Shown piece after piece: positions 13,500-25,849 of a DNA stretch of 64,000 nucleotides. Source of the stretch: Phoronis australis (taxonomy: Eukaryota > Animalia > Phoronida); the NCBI GenBank assembly GCA_002633005.1, contig NMRA01000021.1, positions 778,706 through 842,705 of the forward strand. The letters run 5' to 3'. Within the stretch, counting starts at the first letter, position 1. Every line of letters begins with the position of its first letter. Made by a program: the position numbers and the translations under genes. A model generated the notes under the pieces. It searched no databases. It was not told the DNA's origin and worked only from the letters and a program-made list of their open reading frames with translations.

Positions 13500-13524
13500 G
13501 TTGGTTGTAGGTATAGCGTGAAAT

Positions 13525-13540
13525 GGTTCTTAAAAGAACC
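13525..13540 (-). terminator. Histone-mRNA-type 3' stem-loop (proximal copy)
   Basis: TCAAC-GGTTCT TTTA AGAACC-ATTTC, 10 nt after the stop codon. Fits GGYYYT-TTTH-ARRRCC. Confidence 0.8.
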
Positions 13541-13550
13541 GTTGAATAAT

Positions 13551-13868
13551 TCAACATAAATCACACAGTATGCCATGCTCACTCAAGTACTGAAGGTCCT
13601 CTTCATTAAAGTTTTCATCTGGAAAGGTTGGATGAAAACAGAGGAGATGACAATATCGATGACAGTTGTAACACCTTAGATAGATATCACCGTTCACCAA
13701 CGTTGTCACGAACCCTGCATCGTTCAGTTCTTGTTCCTGTATCCACAAATAATCCTGAACTGTAGGAAAAAAATGACAAACAACACAACGAATCAAATTT
13801 CGAAAATCATCGCCTTCGTACGATTCCGTGTTGCTGTCACCAGACTGATGTTCTTCTCCAACGTCCAT
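13551..13868 (-). CDS. Intronless 105-aa stand-alone PHD-finger (C4HC3) protein with an acidic N-terminus
   Basis: MDVGEEHQSGDSNTESYEGDDFRNLIR-CVVC-x34-CYNC-x4-H-x2-C-x24-CDLC*. All eight ligands are in PHD spacing, the frame is intact and the protein ends on the last Cys. Confidence 0.75.
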   Translation of the reverse strand: MDVGEEHQSGDSNTESYEGDDFRNLIRCVVCHFFPTVQDYLWIQEQELNDAGFVTTLVNGDIYLRCYNCHRYCHLLCFHPTFPDENFNEEDLQYLSEHGILCDLC

Positions 13869-14365
13869 CGTAAAAAATCGACGTTGCAAGTGATGGAAAC
13901 TTGTCTACGCTCTCGTCCTTTGTTTCTAACCTTTAACCCATTTTTTAATAAAGGGGTGTACTGTTTTTGGCTCATGTTGATAGTGCATAATCTATGGTTT
14001 TACAATGTATTAATAGTGTTAAATGCATATATATGAACTGGTCTCATTGAGGTGCACAGCAAATAAATTAACTATAACAAATTAAAGTTTTGAAAATATA
14101 AAGAGCAGTAACAGACTCCCTAAAAATTAGGCTTGTTTTCGAAAGGTTTGCGCCATTGGTGATCCGATTGGTTCAATCGCTTGCGGCGGGAAAATTGATA
14201 GACCCAGTTATTGTGCGCGTGTACACTGTATCAATGCTTTGTATCTTATTCTTATTTGTCTAATCTGTTGATACAGTAAATTTCCTTATTTATGCCCATC
14301 CTGATTTAACCCCGACTTGAGCTCCTTGGGTTTTACCATATTGGGGCTGTCCAGGGACTCACGTG

Positions 14366-14508
14366 CATGCGCGCACCCAGTCTTCAAAATGGGGGGCTCG
14401 AATTCCTGACGTTATGGAACTGTTGTTAACAAGAGAGCGGGCAGACCTTTTTGCCCACTTTGCCAAATGGGGGGGGCTCGAACCCCCCCCCTCTGAGTGG
14501 CGCGCATG
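14366..14508. mobile_element. MITE with CATGCGCGC TIRs and 5-bp TSD ACGTG
   Basis: acgtg|CATGCGCGCACCCAG...GTGGCGCGCATG|acgtg. Confidence 0.8.
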
Positions 14509-14787
14509 ACGTGGTGCTTACTCGAATGAGTTTCATTTTAGCGGCTATTTCCAATTGTGTAGGTGAAGTAAATTAACAAAGTGGATGATTATCATCACCG
14601 GTATTTCATCATTAGTATTTTTGTCGGCCTCTCAAGTTTTCCGTGGCTAGGGATTGTCACATCTGTAAGGTAGACGTGTTTCAGTGAACCTCCATGTTTG
14701 TGGCGTTATTTATACCTGACCAAACTTTGAAAAAGAAGCCCGCGTTTAAACCAGGAGCTGCATTGGGTGCAATTTGTGTAGACGTTT

Positions 14788-14944
14788 CATGCGCGCACCC
14801 AGCCTCTAATACGGGGGCTCGAATCTCTGGCAAAGTGGACCTTTTGCTAACAAAAAGCGTGAGAACTAAAATAAAAAACGGGGTGCTGCCGTATTGTGGA
14901 CTTTCGTCTCTTTCTCTTGGACTTTTCCCCTGGGTGCGCGCATG
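14788..14944. mobile_element. MITE of the same family with a perfect 15-bp TIR and 5-bp TSD CGTTT
   Basis: cgttt|CATGCGCGCACCCAG...CTGGGTGCGCGCATG|cgttt. Confidence 0.85.
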
Positions 14945-15705
14945 CGTTTGTCTACGTTGCTAGTTTTTATAAAGGTGGGCCTGTCTGTAGCCAACTACGG
15001 TAAATTCATAAAAGGTCACGTGCAGTGCAACTCAAGTTCATTACAAATTAAAAATCCGAACTTTCAAACCGTTTGATCTGAGTTGACATCTCAAATCAAA
15101 ATTATGAAAATGCCACATAAAAGTATGAAATTGAAAATTAGCACACGTCAGCTTCACGTCCCTACCACCCCCTTTATCTTGCTTGCTACCTCTTAGGGTT
15201 CATTTCCCTTGCTTCCGAGGTTTTTCGTTATTCTGGTATTTTCATAGACTGCAGCGTACTTGGCTAAGATGGTTCAAGTTTTGTGCGGCATACAGTCGAC
15301 ATAAATAATTGAGTATGTAACCTGCTGTTGAATTGCGGGATAGATTTTGACAGGTCCAGGTATTTATTTCTGAAGTATTAATGTAATCTTTATTTATGTT
15401 AAAGGTTTTACTAGCGTCCTATTTATTTGTACACGAATGTGAATTTGTTGAAATCGCTGATCCAAATCCTGGCCAAATGTGCGCATTATGCTGAGACCAA
15501 CCGTCTGATCAGGGCCACCGAAGAGTAATTTGGTTAATTCGCTCACTAGACTATGGCTGAAGGTCCTCGTAAGGACATGAGTTCACCAGTCACTACCATT
15601 GGAAGAAATTTAGCGGACATTTTTCGTCAAAAAGTTTACCAGATAGTTTTCATCAAAATGGAGAAAAGAAAAATGGATTTGTGAAGACAGGATTAAGTAG
15701 TAGGC

Positions 15706-15915
15706 CTACCAGAGCCTCTTAAAAAACACCCATCTTCGAAGTGACGTGAACAAATGTACAAGTTTTTTTTTGGAAGAACAACTTCCATTCACGTCGACGC
15801 GAGAACATAACTTTTTCTCCCACAGCGGATTTTGGGGTCTCCGTACACTATGGAAGCTAACGCCTCTGCATTTCGCCTGCGTAGCCAAACAACCGGCCAC
15901 ACAGCAGCCGACCAT
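15706..15915 (-). pseudogene. THAP domain relic (transposon-derived)
   Basis: MVGCCVAGCLATQAKCRGVSFH..P..W, then a frameshift in an A-run to NLYICSRHFEDGCF. Confidence 0.75.
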
Positions 15916-16611
15916 GATTAGCAGACGACGTACTTGCCGGAAATTACACCAGATAATTTAGCCAGGTGTCGCCAGTGAATAATGACGTAAGGGCTTGTGC
16001 GCAAGCTCACAGATTTCGTCCATTGAAAGTATACGGAGTTGGCGGTCCATGTACTATAGTCTATGGTGGCATTCTCTTTCATAGACATCAGTAAACCTGA
16101 AAGGTTTTGGAAGTTTTTGAGCAATAAAGACTGCAATAAGAAATCACACCTCTCTAATTTCAAGAAGTAGAAGATTGGCAGCGAAATATTTTGTTTAGCG
16201 TCGTCCTATTTTGGCATTTGGCAGGAACAACCTTTCAGCTAACATTCTGCTCTGGCTCACACACGCAAGAAATGTTCCGTACCGAAAATGACGCCTTTGT
16301 TACGATTGATAGGTTATTAGAAACAAACTGTTCATTCCAAATTACAACATTTATGAATACGAAATTAATATATTAAATGTCATACGTTCGGTGATGGAAA
16401 TAAACCAATTTTCAATTATATGGTCTCTGTATTTCTGGAGGTCGTATTAGCCCAACTCAATTTGGCTAATTATATACGTTGCTCAACATGCGTGGTAATA
16501 ACTGTGGGTTATTATACCTCGATTTGTCATAATCAAACTAATTTAAACGACGACAAAATTTATCGTACACGTACATGCAAATTTATAATTAAACCACAAA
16601 CTATGAGTATG

Positions 16612-16906
16612 TACCGCATTTCCAGGAATATAAGGCCACCTCTTTGTAGTAGAATATGCCATTATACTCGAAGACTAGGCCATGGCCTTGTAGTCTGTGT
16701 CATTTGCAACTCTGGCGTGAGCAAAAGCATTAATTCGAATATAAAGTTTTTGCTCTATTTTTATTCAATATTTCTATATCCGAAATAACGGTATTACCTT
16801 ATAATCGAGTACAAGGCCGTTGCCTCACAGTTTAGGTCTTTTGCAGTTTGAAGTGTTCTTAAAAACGCCTGTAAAGTCATGGCCTTATGTTCTAGGTAAT
16901 GTGGTA
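16612..16906. mobile_element. Tc1/mariner-pogo-like MITE with TA-flanked imperfect TIRs
   Basis: TACCGCATTTCCAGGAATATAAGGCC versus the reverse complement of the right end TACCACATTACCTAGAACATAAGGCC. Confidence 0.55.
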
Positions 16907-17967
16907 TACATGCCACCACATACATGTACATATGGTATATAATGAGACAGGCTGTTTCAGTTTTATATAAGTGAGAATAATTCATTTTGAAACAGAACGC
17001 ACAATAATAATTGTCTACGTGGCAACTCGCAATCCCGTGAAACGCCTTCTTGGAGAAGCGCAGATGTGTCTCATGGACCATCCTGAAGTCGGTCACAGCG
17101 ATAGCAAAAATTTTATAGTTACCTAAGATCTGCGACTTATGACCTAAATACGTCACAGTGTAACAAGTAGCGTCACCTTCTGGAAGGCGCTCAAATGCAG
17201 CATAATAATGTGGATGTCTGTAATGCCAGTGTGTCCCCTGGTGCTTACAAAATACGTTGTTTTGCTTGCCTAAAGATAAGGAGAGGTAATTGTATATTCA
17301 TTATATTTTCCAAACTACTATTGGCAAGTGCTGATCGGAGAACAGGAGTCATTACTGCAGTAGAACAATAACAGCATCAGGCCTACCTATTAGGGATAGT
17401 TACTAGTAGTTGACAATACTGAGCCCCACAGCACGGGCGTATGAGACTCTTTCGGTAGTGGCTGCACATCTTCTGCCAGGAATGTAACAAAATTGAGATG
17501 GAGTTGTATCAGCTGTGTTTGGTTAAAGAAGAGTAGTCTGTGTGTAGTATACATTTCAGGTTACAGGGTCAGACCCAGTGCTCTGGTCAGCTGGCCTTGT
17601 TTACTGTGTGAAAACTGGGGTGAGATTTGTGCGAGTTGGGTGCAGAGTATGCACAGATAAGAACTAGCAGGGAAATCCTTGGAAGAGCTACATAACCTGC
17701 GATTGTGTAGTCGCCATATCCAAGAGGAACAATTCACTTATCAATTAAAATAAAAAAACTGTTGATTTAGTATAAACAATCTGATTTGATGTGTTAGTAT
17801 CAAGTTCCCAGGCACTACTCTGCATTATCACAGGGTATGCGTGCCTCAGGGTATCTTGCTGAAGAATATGTACCCTAAACAGGGATTATTGAGTCAACTT
17901 CTTTCTTAGAACAGTAAAACAATCTTCTTCTTTGATACATTCTGCTGTACCCACGCAGCTTGTTTTC

Positions 17968-18169
17968 CATGCCCGCATCCAGGGGGGTCTGGAGCTCGAA
18001 CGAGCCCCCCTCTTTGGCGTAGTGGACAAAAAGGTTTGCCCCAGTGAAACAAAAACTCCAAAAAAGTAGAAAATGAGAGAAAAGTCCACTTCCACATATT
18101 TTCTTAGTCATAGGTACACATTCTCAAAAATTCGAGACCCCCATTTTTTAAGCTGGGTTAGCGTGCATG
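17968..18169. mobile_element. Older, inverted copy of the CATGCGCGC MITE family
   Basis: CATGCCCGCATCCAG...CTGGGTTAGCGTGCATG with internal similarity to the 14366 and 14788 copies; no TSD detectable. Confidence 0.65.
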
Positions 18170-21100
18170 TACTTGCTACGCTCCACAACCAATCAGAATG
18201 TGTCTCTTTCATACTAACTACTTGTGGAAATTGGTCTCATTTTTGTCTGGCAAAACTCTCTTTGAAGTATAACTTTTCAGGGGCATGTCTATGTGACATC
18301 AGAGTTGCTGTACTATTGTATTAGTCCTGGTGAAGACCCAAGCAGAGCGTGTTTAAATTGCAAAACTTAAAATTAAGGGCTACCGTGAACCTGTTAAACT
18401 ATATGTTTTTTGATAACTTTGGGGATTCGCATTTACCCTGAGATACAGTTTGAGGTTAATGCCCAAAGAGTTGTATTGATACCATTGTCTTCGTATGAAA
18501 TGGTCAATAGGCATATAACATTGATTGATTAGTCGGAAGTAGACTAATTATATGCAGTATAAGTGGGAAAACTTTTTTTGGTAACGTTTTTATTGTACCC
18601 GATGGTGGTGTATGTTCCCTCGAACCACATACATGTATATTATCCCTGACAACTATTGGTATGTTGGCAAAATCAAATTGATTATTTTTAATATTGCAAT
18701 TATTCCAGCACATTAGTACCGTAAAACTGCTAGGTCTCATAGCTGAGATATATGTATTGACATGTATTGTATAATGTTGTTTTCATACAATTTATAAATT
18801 GTGTGTTAAAATTAAAATGCTTGTAATGTCTTTTGAACTGATGTGTTACAAAGTTAGAATAAAAAATGATATTGATCCACATGCTCTTATTTATTATTAC
18901 TCTACTTTTGTTTATGTAGTGAGTATTATTTATTATTCATACTTATTTTATTCCGTGTCTTTCAGCAACAAGAACTATGATATAAATATTACGTAATATA
19001 TGATAAAATATTATGCTAAAATATTATATAAATTACTGTTGCATTTACTTGATTCTGTAACTAGAAAACCATGTGGAAAATGTCATGCTATTGAATTCAG
19101 GCAGTTGCTTTCATACCAGTCATAGCCCTGGCAAAGTCTTAGTCAATTACAGTTAAATATTATAATAATTAAATATTATCATAATTGCATAAACTTCCAC
19201 GTAAATACAAATGATGTTTCCTCAAGATTGATATTGTATTGTATTGCTATGCTTACAAAGGAATCTGAAATTTTTTGTTATTCATTTGAATGGCATTTGC
19301 TTTTCATTCTAGTTTTATCGCATCACAATAATTATCATATTGGCCATAACATCAACAAAAATTATGTTTTCCTCAAATAAATTATAAATCTAACTCATCA
19401 AAATTGGTTTTATGTCTAAAAAACCTGGTTTTTGTCCAAGTTAGTTGCAATCTTCACCACAGGCTCAGACCTGGTTTGAGGGTCTCCGAATACAACTTGG
19501 TCTCCCTCTAATAGGTGGCGATGTTCCAAAATGTGTGACACGGCAAATTACACTAGGGCGGCCATCTTGGGATATAGGATCTTTGGCGATAGTCGATGTC
19601 TCACGTACTTCTTCGGTGCCAACGCCCGATAGATGTCGCTACAGTCCATGACACAATAATATAGGCCAAGACGATTAGTTTTCCTATCGTCTTTATTGAA
19701 ATAACAAGGTACCTTACCTGGCACTGAACAGTTAGCTGCAGCCGCAGCCAATGTGCACTCCCAAAATATTAAAATCTAGGAGTGGGCCAGGCTTGGGGGC
19801 CTTTTTTAGTTAGAAATTGTATGTAGGCGAAGTGAATGTGTTTTTTTTGTATTTGTGAACATGCTGAGAATGAAAAAGGCCACTTTCTCGGCTGTAGCTG
19901 CACTCTTCTTCACGATTGTGGCCCACTGTTGCAATTGTGCATTGCTGTGTTGCAACTGAGAAATTAGCCGTGATTTCAGGTAGCCCTCAGACAAATCAGA
20001 TTTGCAAAAAATTAGTTGGTTGGCAGTACTTTTGGACCACATTTTTGGAATCGGTAGGAAATTTGCTTACGGAATCTAATGTCGGCTTTAGTCGAGCATC
20101 GGCAGGGAAGTGGTGGTTTTGGGGTGAAAAGTGCCGATTTTGAATTTTTTGCCCTTGTTTTTCTTAGTCTAGCTTGGTTTTCACTGGGGGTGAAAGGGTT
20201 AAATATACAAAAGTAAATAAAGTTTCTGTGCTCATCTGTAGGGCTTGTGATGTGAAATGACTCGAACTTTTCTTTATTTTCATACAGTTTTTGACAGAGT
20301 GAAGAAAGGGTGAAGAGTCCATTAACGTGTGCTCTGATAGGCAAAACCCTGTGAGCACTGTTCTGGGGTGCCTCCTTACTGGTCGTCCAGTTGTATTTCG
20401 CCAAGAGATTTCCGGCATCATTCAAAAGCTGGCTTCTATGACCCTAAAAGGGCCTACTCAGGTCAGTGCATTGTGTGTGACGGATATATCCGCCACGGGT
20501 AGCAGAGCAACCGTGACTGAGCTTATCGTTCGAAATGTCCAGAATTTTTTCGATTATTGCGACTGATGTATTTGTCCGTCAGTGGTAGGCTTACATGGTT
20601 TACAAAGAGTTGGACGCTGCTTGTCGAGGTGAAGTGCTAGTGCGTGCATAAAACCGTTAACCCAGCGTCCTATGTGTATTAAAATTGGTCCCCATGTCTG
20701 TTGTAACAGTCCTATAATTTTTGTTCTATACGTTGGAGTTATGACGTCATGCACAGGTTTCTGTGTCCTTAACTGGGAAGTGGGTACATGAGAAGAACTG
20801 AGGTCGAGGTCAATAACTCTAGTGTCTGGCTATAAAGTCAAGAAGTCTCGAGCTTTGGCGGGATATCGCATATTTTCAATGAGATCACGGGATTTTGACT
20901 AGACTTTTCTCGCCACAAGACAGTTATTGGACTCTGCTTAGATTTTGTCAGCGGCAGCACATTCAATTTTGCACGAGTACATGGATTGTAGGTGTTTTCA
21001 ATAAAATGCTCTTTTGTTATGTTCTCACACAGTTGGTAAATGCTAACTCGTTGGCGCGCACAACACACGGCGTGCCCCTTGCAACATTTTGTGCCTGCCA

Positions 21101-22120
21101 GTATGACACTCCAGTGGACTTTTCCTTGTTTTCAACTCAAAAAAGAGAATTTTGGTACATGTGAACATTTGAAGACTTTGTAATTTCATTTATTTTATGC
21201 GATTCCTCTTTGAAAATTTGTGGATTTAATTGAAATGACGTCAGTGATAATTTGTTTGCAGGATGCACCAACGATGTTTGAGGCTGTTTGTAAGAGGAAT
21301 GGAAAAGCCTATTGATTGATTGATGACGTCGTAAAACTCACAAAGTTCTCGAAGACAAGCAAGAGCTCAGAACAAATACCTGGGATATCATTATGTACAG
21401 TTGTATTTGCGCGTGACGATGAACTAGCCGTATATGGCTGCCTCTTCTTACTACGTGTGGGTAAACTTTAATGGCAGATATTCGTTTAACGCGATTTTCA
21501 TATACAAAACCAAATTTCGAGTCGTTTTAAAAACAAGTATACCCATGTTTGCAAACTGTGACTACTCAGTGGTAGTCGATTTTTGTACGTACATGTATCG
21601 GAGGTACGATATGATTCCAGAACCAGTGAATAATTTGAAGTACATGGTCTTGCAAAATTCGTAGGTCAGTAGTGGGCCCAGATGTCGCGTACCAGAGGTA
21701 GACTTTTGCACGTCGTATATTTTCACGGTCAGATAAATTCAACCATTTGACAACAGTACAACAAAAAAAAAACGTTGGTGTACGCCAATGAAGCCATTAC
21801 AGCTTCGTTTATTAGTAAAGACTCACAGGTGGCGTCATCGCCAGATATGTGCAACATCAATTAACGTATTTTGGTACACGCATATGTACATGTAGCTATA
21901 ATAACACGACCTCGTCTTGCACCAAATTTCCTCTACCAACTTGTTCGTACCAGATCTGAAATCACAAAAAGTTCCTTCAGAACACAAGAATATCATTTTT
22001 GTCGATACGTCAGTCGATCAACGGGCTTATTTTGATTTACATCTGCAAAGCATTAAGAAGCGCAGGAACTGCACATGTATAAGTACATGTATATGAATAT
22101 GTATGTGAATATGTAGTCTN

Positions 22121-22183
22121 GTGTGTGTGTGTGTGTACGTGTGCGTGTGTGCGTGTGTGTTTGTGCGTGCGTGTGCGTGTGTG
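22121..22183. repeat. (GT)/(GCGT) microsatellite next to a single N
   Basis: Direct reading. Confidence 0.9.
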
Positions 22184-22653
22184 TAAAGGATTGCCGCCTA
22201 CGCTTATGTTTGTATCTGAAAAAGGCAGTTTAGTTAATTACATGTGGAAGGTGTGGTAAATTCGTAAATTCTGTCAAAATTCAACTTTCGCTTGAGAAGT
22301 CTTATTGTAATAAGGTTGGTTTTATCCGGGTCCTTCTTGCTCAGACCAGAAACGATATCGAGGCTTTAAAGAACTGACAATTAGTTATTGCATCATTACA
22401 TTATTCTTTGAGGTGCTTTTTGGTTTTGATCACAGAAGCAGTGCAGCCGACATGTTAATCCCTAATCCCTGGGTTTTTAAACGCCTTTTCAAAAGTGGAA
22501 CCAATTTCAAACCGAAAAACAGATATGACGTTGCTTTGGAAGAGGAAATGCGCACCTGAAGAAAGTTGTTTTCTGTTTGTTGAGGAGGGACTAGAGAGTA
22601 AACACAATCACCCGAGGCGACGCATGATAAGGTCCGATTATTCAAACGGGCGG

Positions 22654-22981
22654 TGTCGCGTGAAATTTCTTCCCGTGAAATTTCTTCCCAATCCGACTTT
22701 GCGCATGCGCAGATTGGCCAGGTTGACATCCGGTCTTGAGAGCGTGAAATTTCTTCCCAGGGCACTTCTGTACGCTTCTGTGAGACAGTTGAGTCGTTAT
22801 CTGCTACGAACACGAATAATCCAGACGTTTTTTTTTGCAAAGATGCATGATCTCAAGTACAGTGAGAGTGACGTGAAGAAGTTTTTGGAGGATGGATCCC
22901 ATCCGTTGACTTTGACGAAGAGTCAGCACAAGGCTTTACGAAGTTGTGCCAAGGCCCAAGGACTTTCGCCGTTTCGGTCAG
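22654..22981 (+). mobile_element. 5' end of a possible Ginger-like (integrase-type) DNA transposon with a first coding exon at 22843-22981
   Basis: TGT start, three copies of CGTGAAATTTCTTCC and a TGCGCATGCGCA palindrome. Then MHDLKYSESDVKKFLEDGSHPLTLTKSQHKALRSCAK..SG|GTAAGT, resembling the helix preceding Gypsy/Ginger integrase Zn domains. Confidence 0.4.
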
Positions 22982-23765
22982 GTAAGTCGACTAAAGTGAT
23001 AGGCCTACTACTGCAATTATTATTGACTCTGGTTTAAAAAGTTAAGTGAAATCTGAAGTATGTTGGTTGTTGTTAAGCAAGGTTATCATGTCATTCGTAA
23101 GTCAAACCCTGTAGCTGTAGTACTGTACTAGTCTCTGCATTTAGCCAAAATATTTACAGATTACTCCAACCGTGTAGACACTCTAGGAATGATATATTTT
23201 CTAATTGTTGAAAGTCAATAGAGTTTGATTTTAGTCTGTATATTTTCTGTGTGGTATTAATTAGCTGAGTAATGCGACCATGTATTGTTTGATTTAAATG
23301 AAAGTAAAATCACAAAAAACCTGTTACCAGTTTTCTAAATTATCTGGATTAGAACAAACAATTTGAGCAAAAACTAACAGGCAAGCCCTGCCGTGTTAAA
23401 GCTCTTACTAAAGTAAACACTTAAGTTGGTTGTTACTAGTTCTCATAGAGAATATTGTACAGTATTATTCAGCATTCATATACTGTTGTGAGTTAATGAA
23501 CTTTGTGCCATTTAGTACGCATCTAGTTGTAATGACTTCCTTTGAGTTTAGCAAAAGTTCATAACATTGCTTCGCGAAATTTCTCTTGTAGTTGCGGTGT
23601 GTATGCTGTTGCTGTTCTACCTCATTAGCCGCTGGCTGAGACTCTGCAGTCGTATAGCATGATGCCAAAAGCTTGTCTTGCTGCATGAGTTCAATTTGGT
23701 ATGGTATAATCTGCGGCACTGGGGGTTTGTACGGAAACTTCTTCATGATAATGAGTCGCACATTC

Positions 23766-23781
23766 TCATGTGTTCAGTGTC
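23766..23781 (-). CDS. Candidate terminal coding exon of IGFBP-like paralog B ((W)TLNT*)
   Basis: Acceptor TTTCAG|G is phase-compatible with the TG| end of exon 2. Other exons could be hidden in the N gap. Confidence 0.3.
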
Positions 23782-24369
23782 CTGAAATTAAGTTGTGATA
23801 TCTGATGGTGATACTCTAGACCGGATCGGGATTTGCCTGCATTAGAATAATTAGGTCATTCTAATTTGGACAGTCTAGGCTCATGCTAACCATTTGCCAT
23901 CATTGGCGAGTTCTGAGTGGCACTGGGGACGGTATAGCTAAGTCCATTCGCCAACTTGGCGAATTATTTTGCAGCTTAACCATAAAAATTTATTTCGGGG
24001 AAACCTACTTGTGTGTCGACTCACTGTTAGTTCAAATCAAGTCGTGCGATGAACAGAAGACTGTTTTGCAGCAGCAAACGCAATCCAGTCTCTCAATAAC
24101 TTTTTACACTCACAACGTGGTGTGAGCGAGTCTGAAGTATTTTAATACCGTTGAAAAGTACACAGGGCATAAAACTGACCTGATTTGAGATATCTCAAAC
24201 ATGCAATATGAACTCAACCTTTAAATTTACTATTTTCATTTTACATGAATCTCTCCTTATTCTTTAAGTAACTTTACCAGTTTCAGCTCACAATTTGTCG
24301 GGTCAAATATTAATCGAGACTAGACACTGGTAGTTTTTTTCAAATCAAAATACGCAACCTGTCATATCT

Positions 24370-24938
24370 NNNNNNNNNNNNNNNNNNNNNNNNNNNNNNN
24401 NNNNNNNNNNNNNNNNNNNNNNNNNNNNNNNNNNNNNNNNNNNNNNNNNNNNNNNNNNNNNNNNNNNNNNNNNNNNNNNNNNNNNNNNNNNNNNNNNNNN
24501 NNNNNNNNNNNNNNNNNNNNNNNNNNNNNNNNNNNNNNNNNNNNNNNNNNNNNNNNNNNNNNNNNNNNNNNNNNNNNNNNNNNNNNNNNNNNNNNNNNNN
24601 NNNNNNNNNNNNNNNNNNNNNNNNNNNNNNNNNNNNNNNNNNNNNNNNNNNNNNNNNNNNNNNNNNNNNNNNNNNNNNNNNNNNNNNNNNNNNNNNNNNN
24701 NNNNNNNNNNNNNNNNNNNNNNNNNNNNNNNNNNNNNNNNNNNNNNNNNNNNNNNNNNNNNNNNNNNNNNNNNNNNNNNNNNNNNNNNNNNNNNNNNNNN
24801 NNNNNNNNNNNNNNNNNNNNNNNNNNNNNNNNNNNNNNNNNNNNNNNNNNNNNNNNNNNNNNNNNNNNNNNNNNNNNNNNNNNNNNNNNNNNNNNNNNNN
24901 NNNNNNNNNNNNNNNNNNNNNNNNNNNNNNNNNNNNNN
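24370..24938. other. Assembly gap
   Basis: Run of N. Confidence 1.
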
Positions 24939-25019
24939 CACCTGCCTGACGGACAACTCACTATGGAAGAAATCCCAAGCAATCAAGGTAATCTAATCTC
25001 TCAGAACACTTCGGCTTAC

Positions 25020-25193
25020 CACGAATTCCTGCAATTTCTTGTTCTGATGACGTTTCCAAAGAGGTCTACAGGTTTCGGCTTCCTTGTTAGGTTTCTGATG
25101 TCTTTACATTTCCCGTTAAATTCAGTGTAAAAGACTATCTTCTTTGCCATGGTGTTGTCCTGTTCATTCACACAAACAAGATTGTCTCGGCAT
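25020..25193 (-). CDS. Exon 2 of IGFBP-like paralog B (completes the 12-Cys IGFBP N-domain and adds a basic tail)
   Basis: CTTGCAG|A TGC...: (R)CRDNLVCVNEQDNTMAKKIVFYTEFNGKCKDIRNLTRKPKPVDLFGNVIRTRNCRNS, ending TG|GTAAGC. Phase 2 matches exon 1. Not in the ORF track. Confidence 0.85.
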
Positions 25194-25849
25194 CTGCAAG
25201 ACCATGTAGAGTCACTGAGTAAATCTTTTGTATCGCTTTATCACGTTTCTAAAGTGAGATCTTATGCGTGCTTAAACTGTTAAATGCTTGCTTTTGAATG
25301 GCTATAGTATGTCTGAGCATGTGCAGATGAGTCATCCAGGATAGAGTTCAATAACGCTAAGACCTCGCTAAACAGCAAGACTTCGCGAGATTAAGCAAGA
25401 TATTACCGTGAATTTTCAATAAGAGCATGTGAGACGGCTACTGAACTCTCTCTCCCTTGATGAACGCGTCAGTGTATGATTTGAAGACTTTTGATCTATT
25501 TTGGAGTCACGAAAAAGCTAGTCCTCGTTTTGATACCTAGAACATATTAATGATAACTGCCGACTAAATCTACGGCATGTAAACCCATTCTCTGTCAAAC
25601 GGCAGTTTTCATACTGGCGCTCTGTAGAGTAATGAGAGGACGAAAGTGACTTCGGCTCATCAATCCCTCCGGACTCAGATTTAGTGGACAGAAATTCAAT
25701 TACAACATTGTGGTTCATAAAGTTTAAAGTAGAGGAATAAATTCCACTGGTAGCACCTCTGATTGTTTAACCAGTTTAAGTTCACTATTTCAATTTAGCT
25801 TTTTGACACAGGCTGGAATCGAAATTCTCCCACTTTTTCGGCCGCAGCC

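Noticed and set aside
17875-18111. ORF with a signal-peptide-like N-terminus (MTKKICGSGLFSHFLLFW...)
   Set aside because: Its 5' part lies inside a MITE (17968-18169) and it has no recognisable domain.
20440-20454. Histone-stem-loop-like GGCCCTTTTAGGGTC on the minus strand
   Set aside because: Only 15 nt with a 3-nt loop, no AC-rich flanks and no convincing upstream ORF.
24345-24986. Long ORFs of X residues
   Set aside because: Artefact of the N gap.
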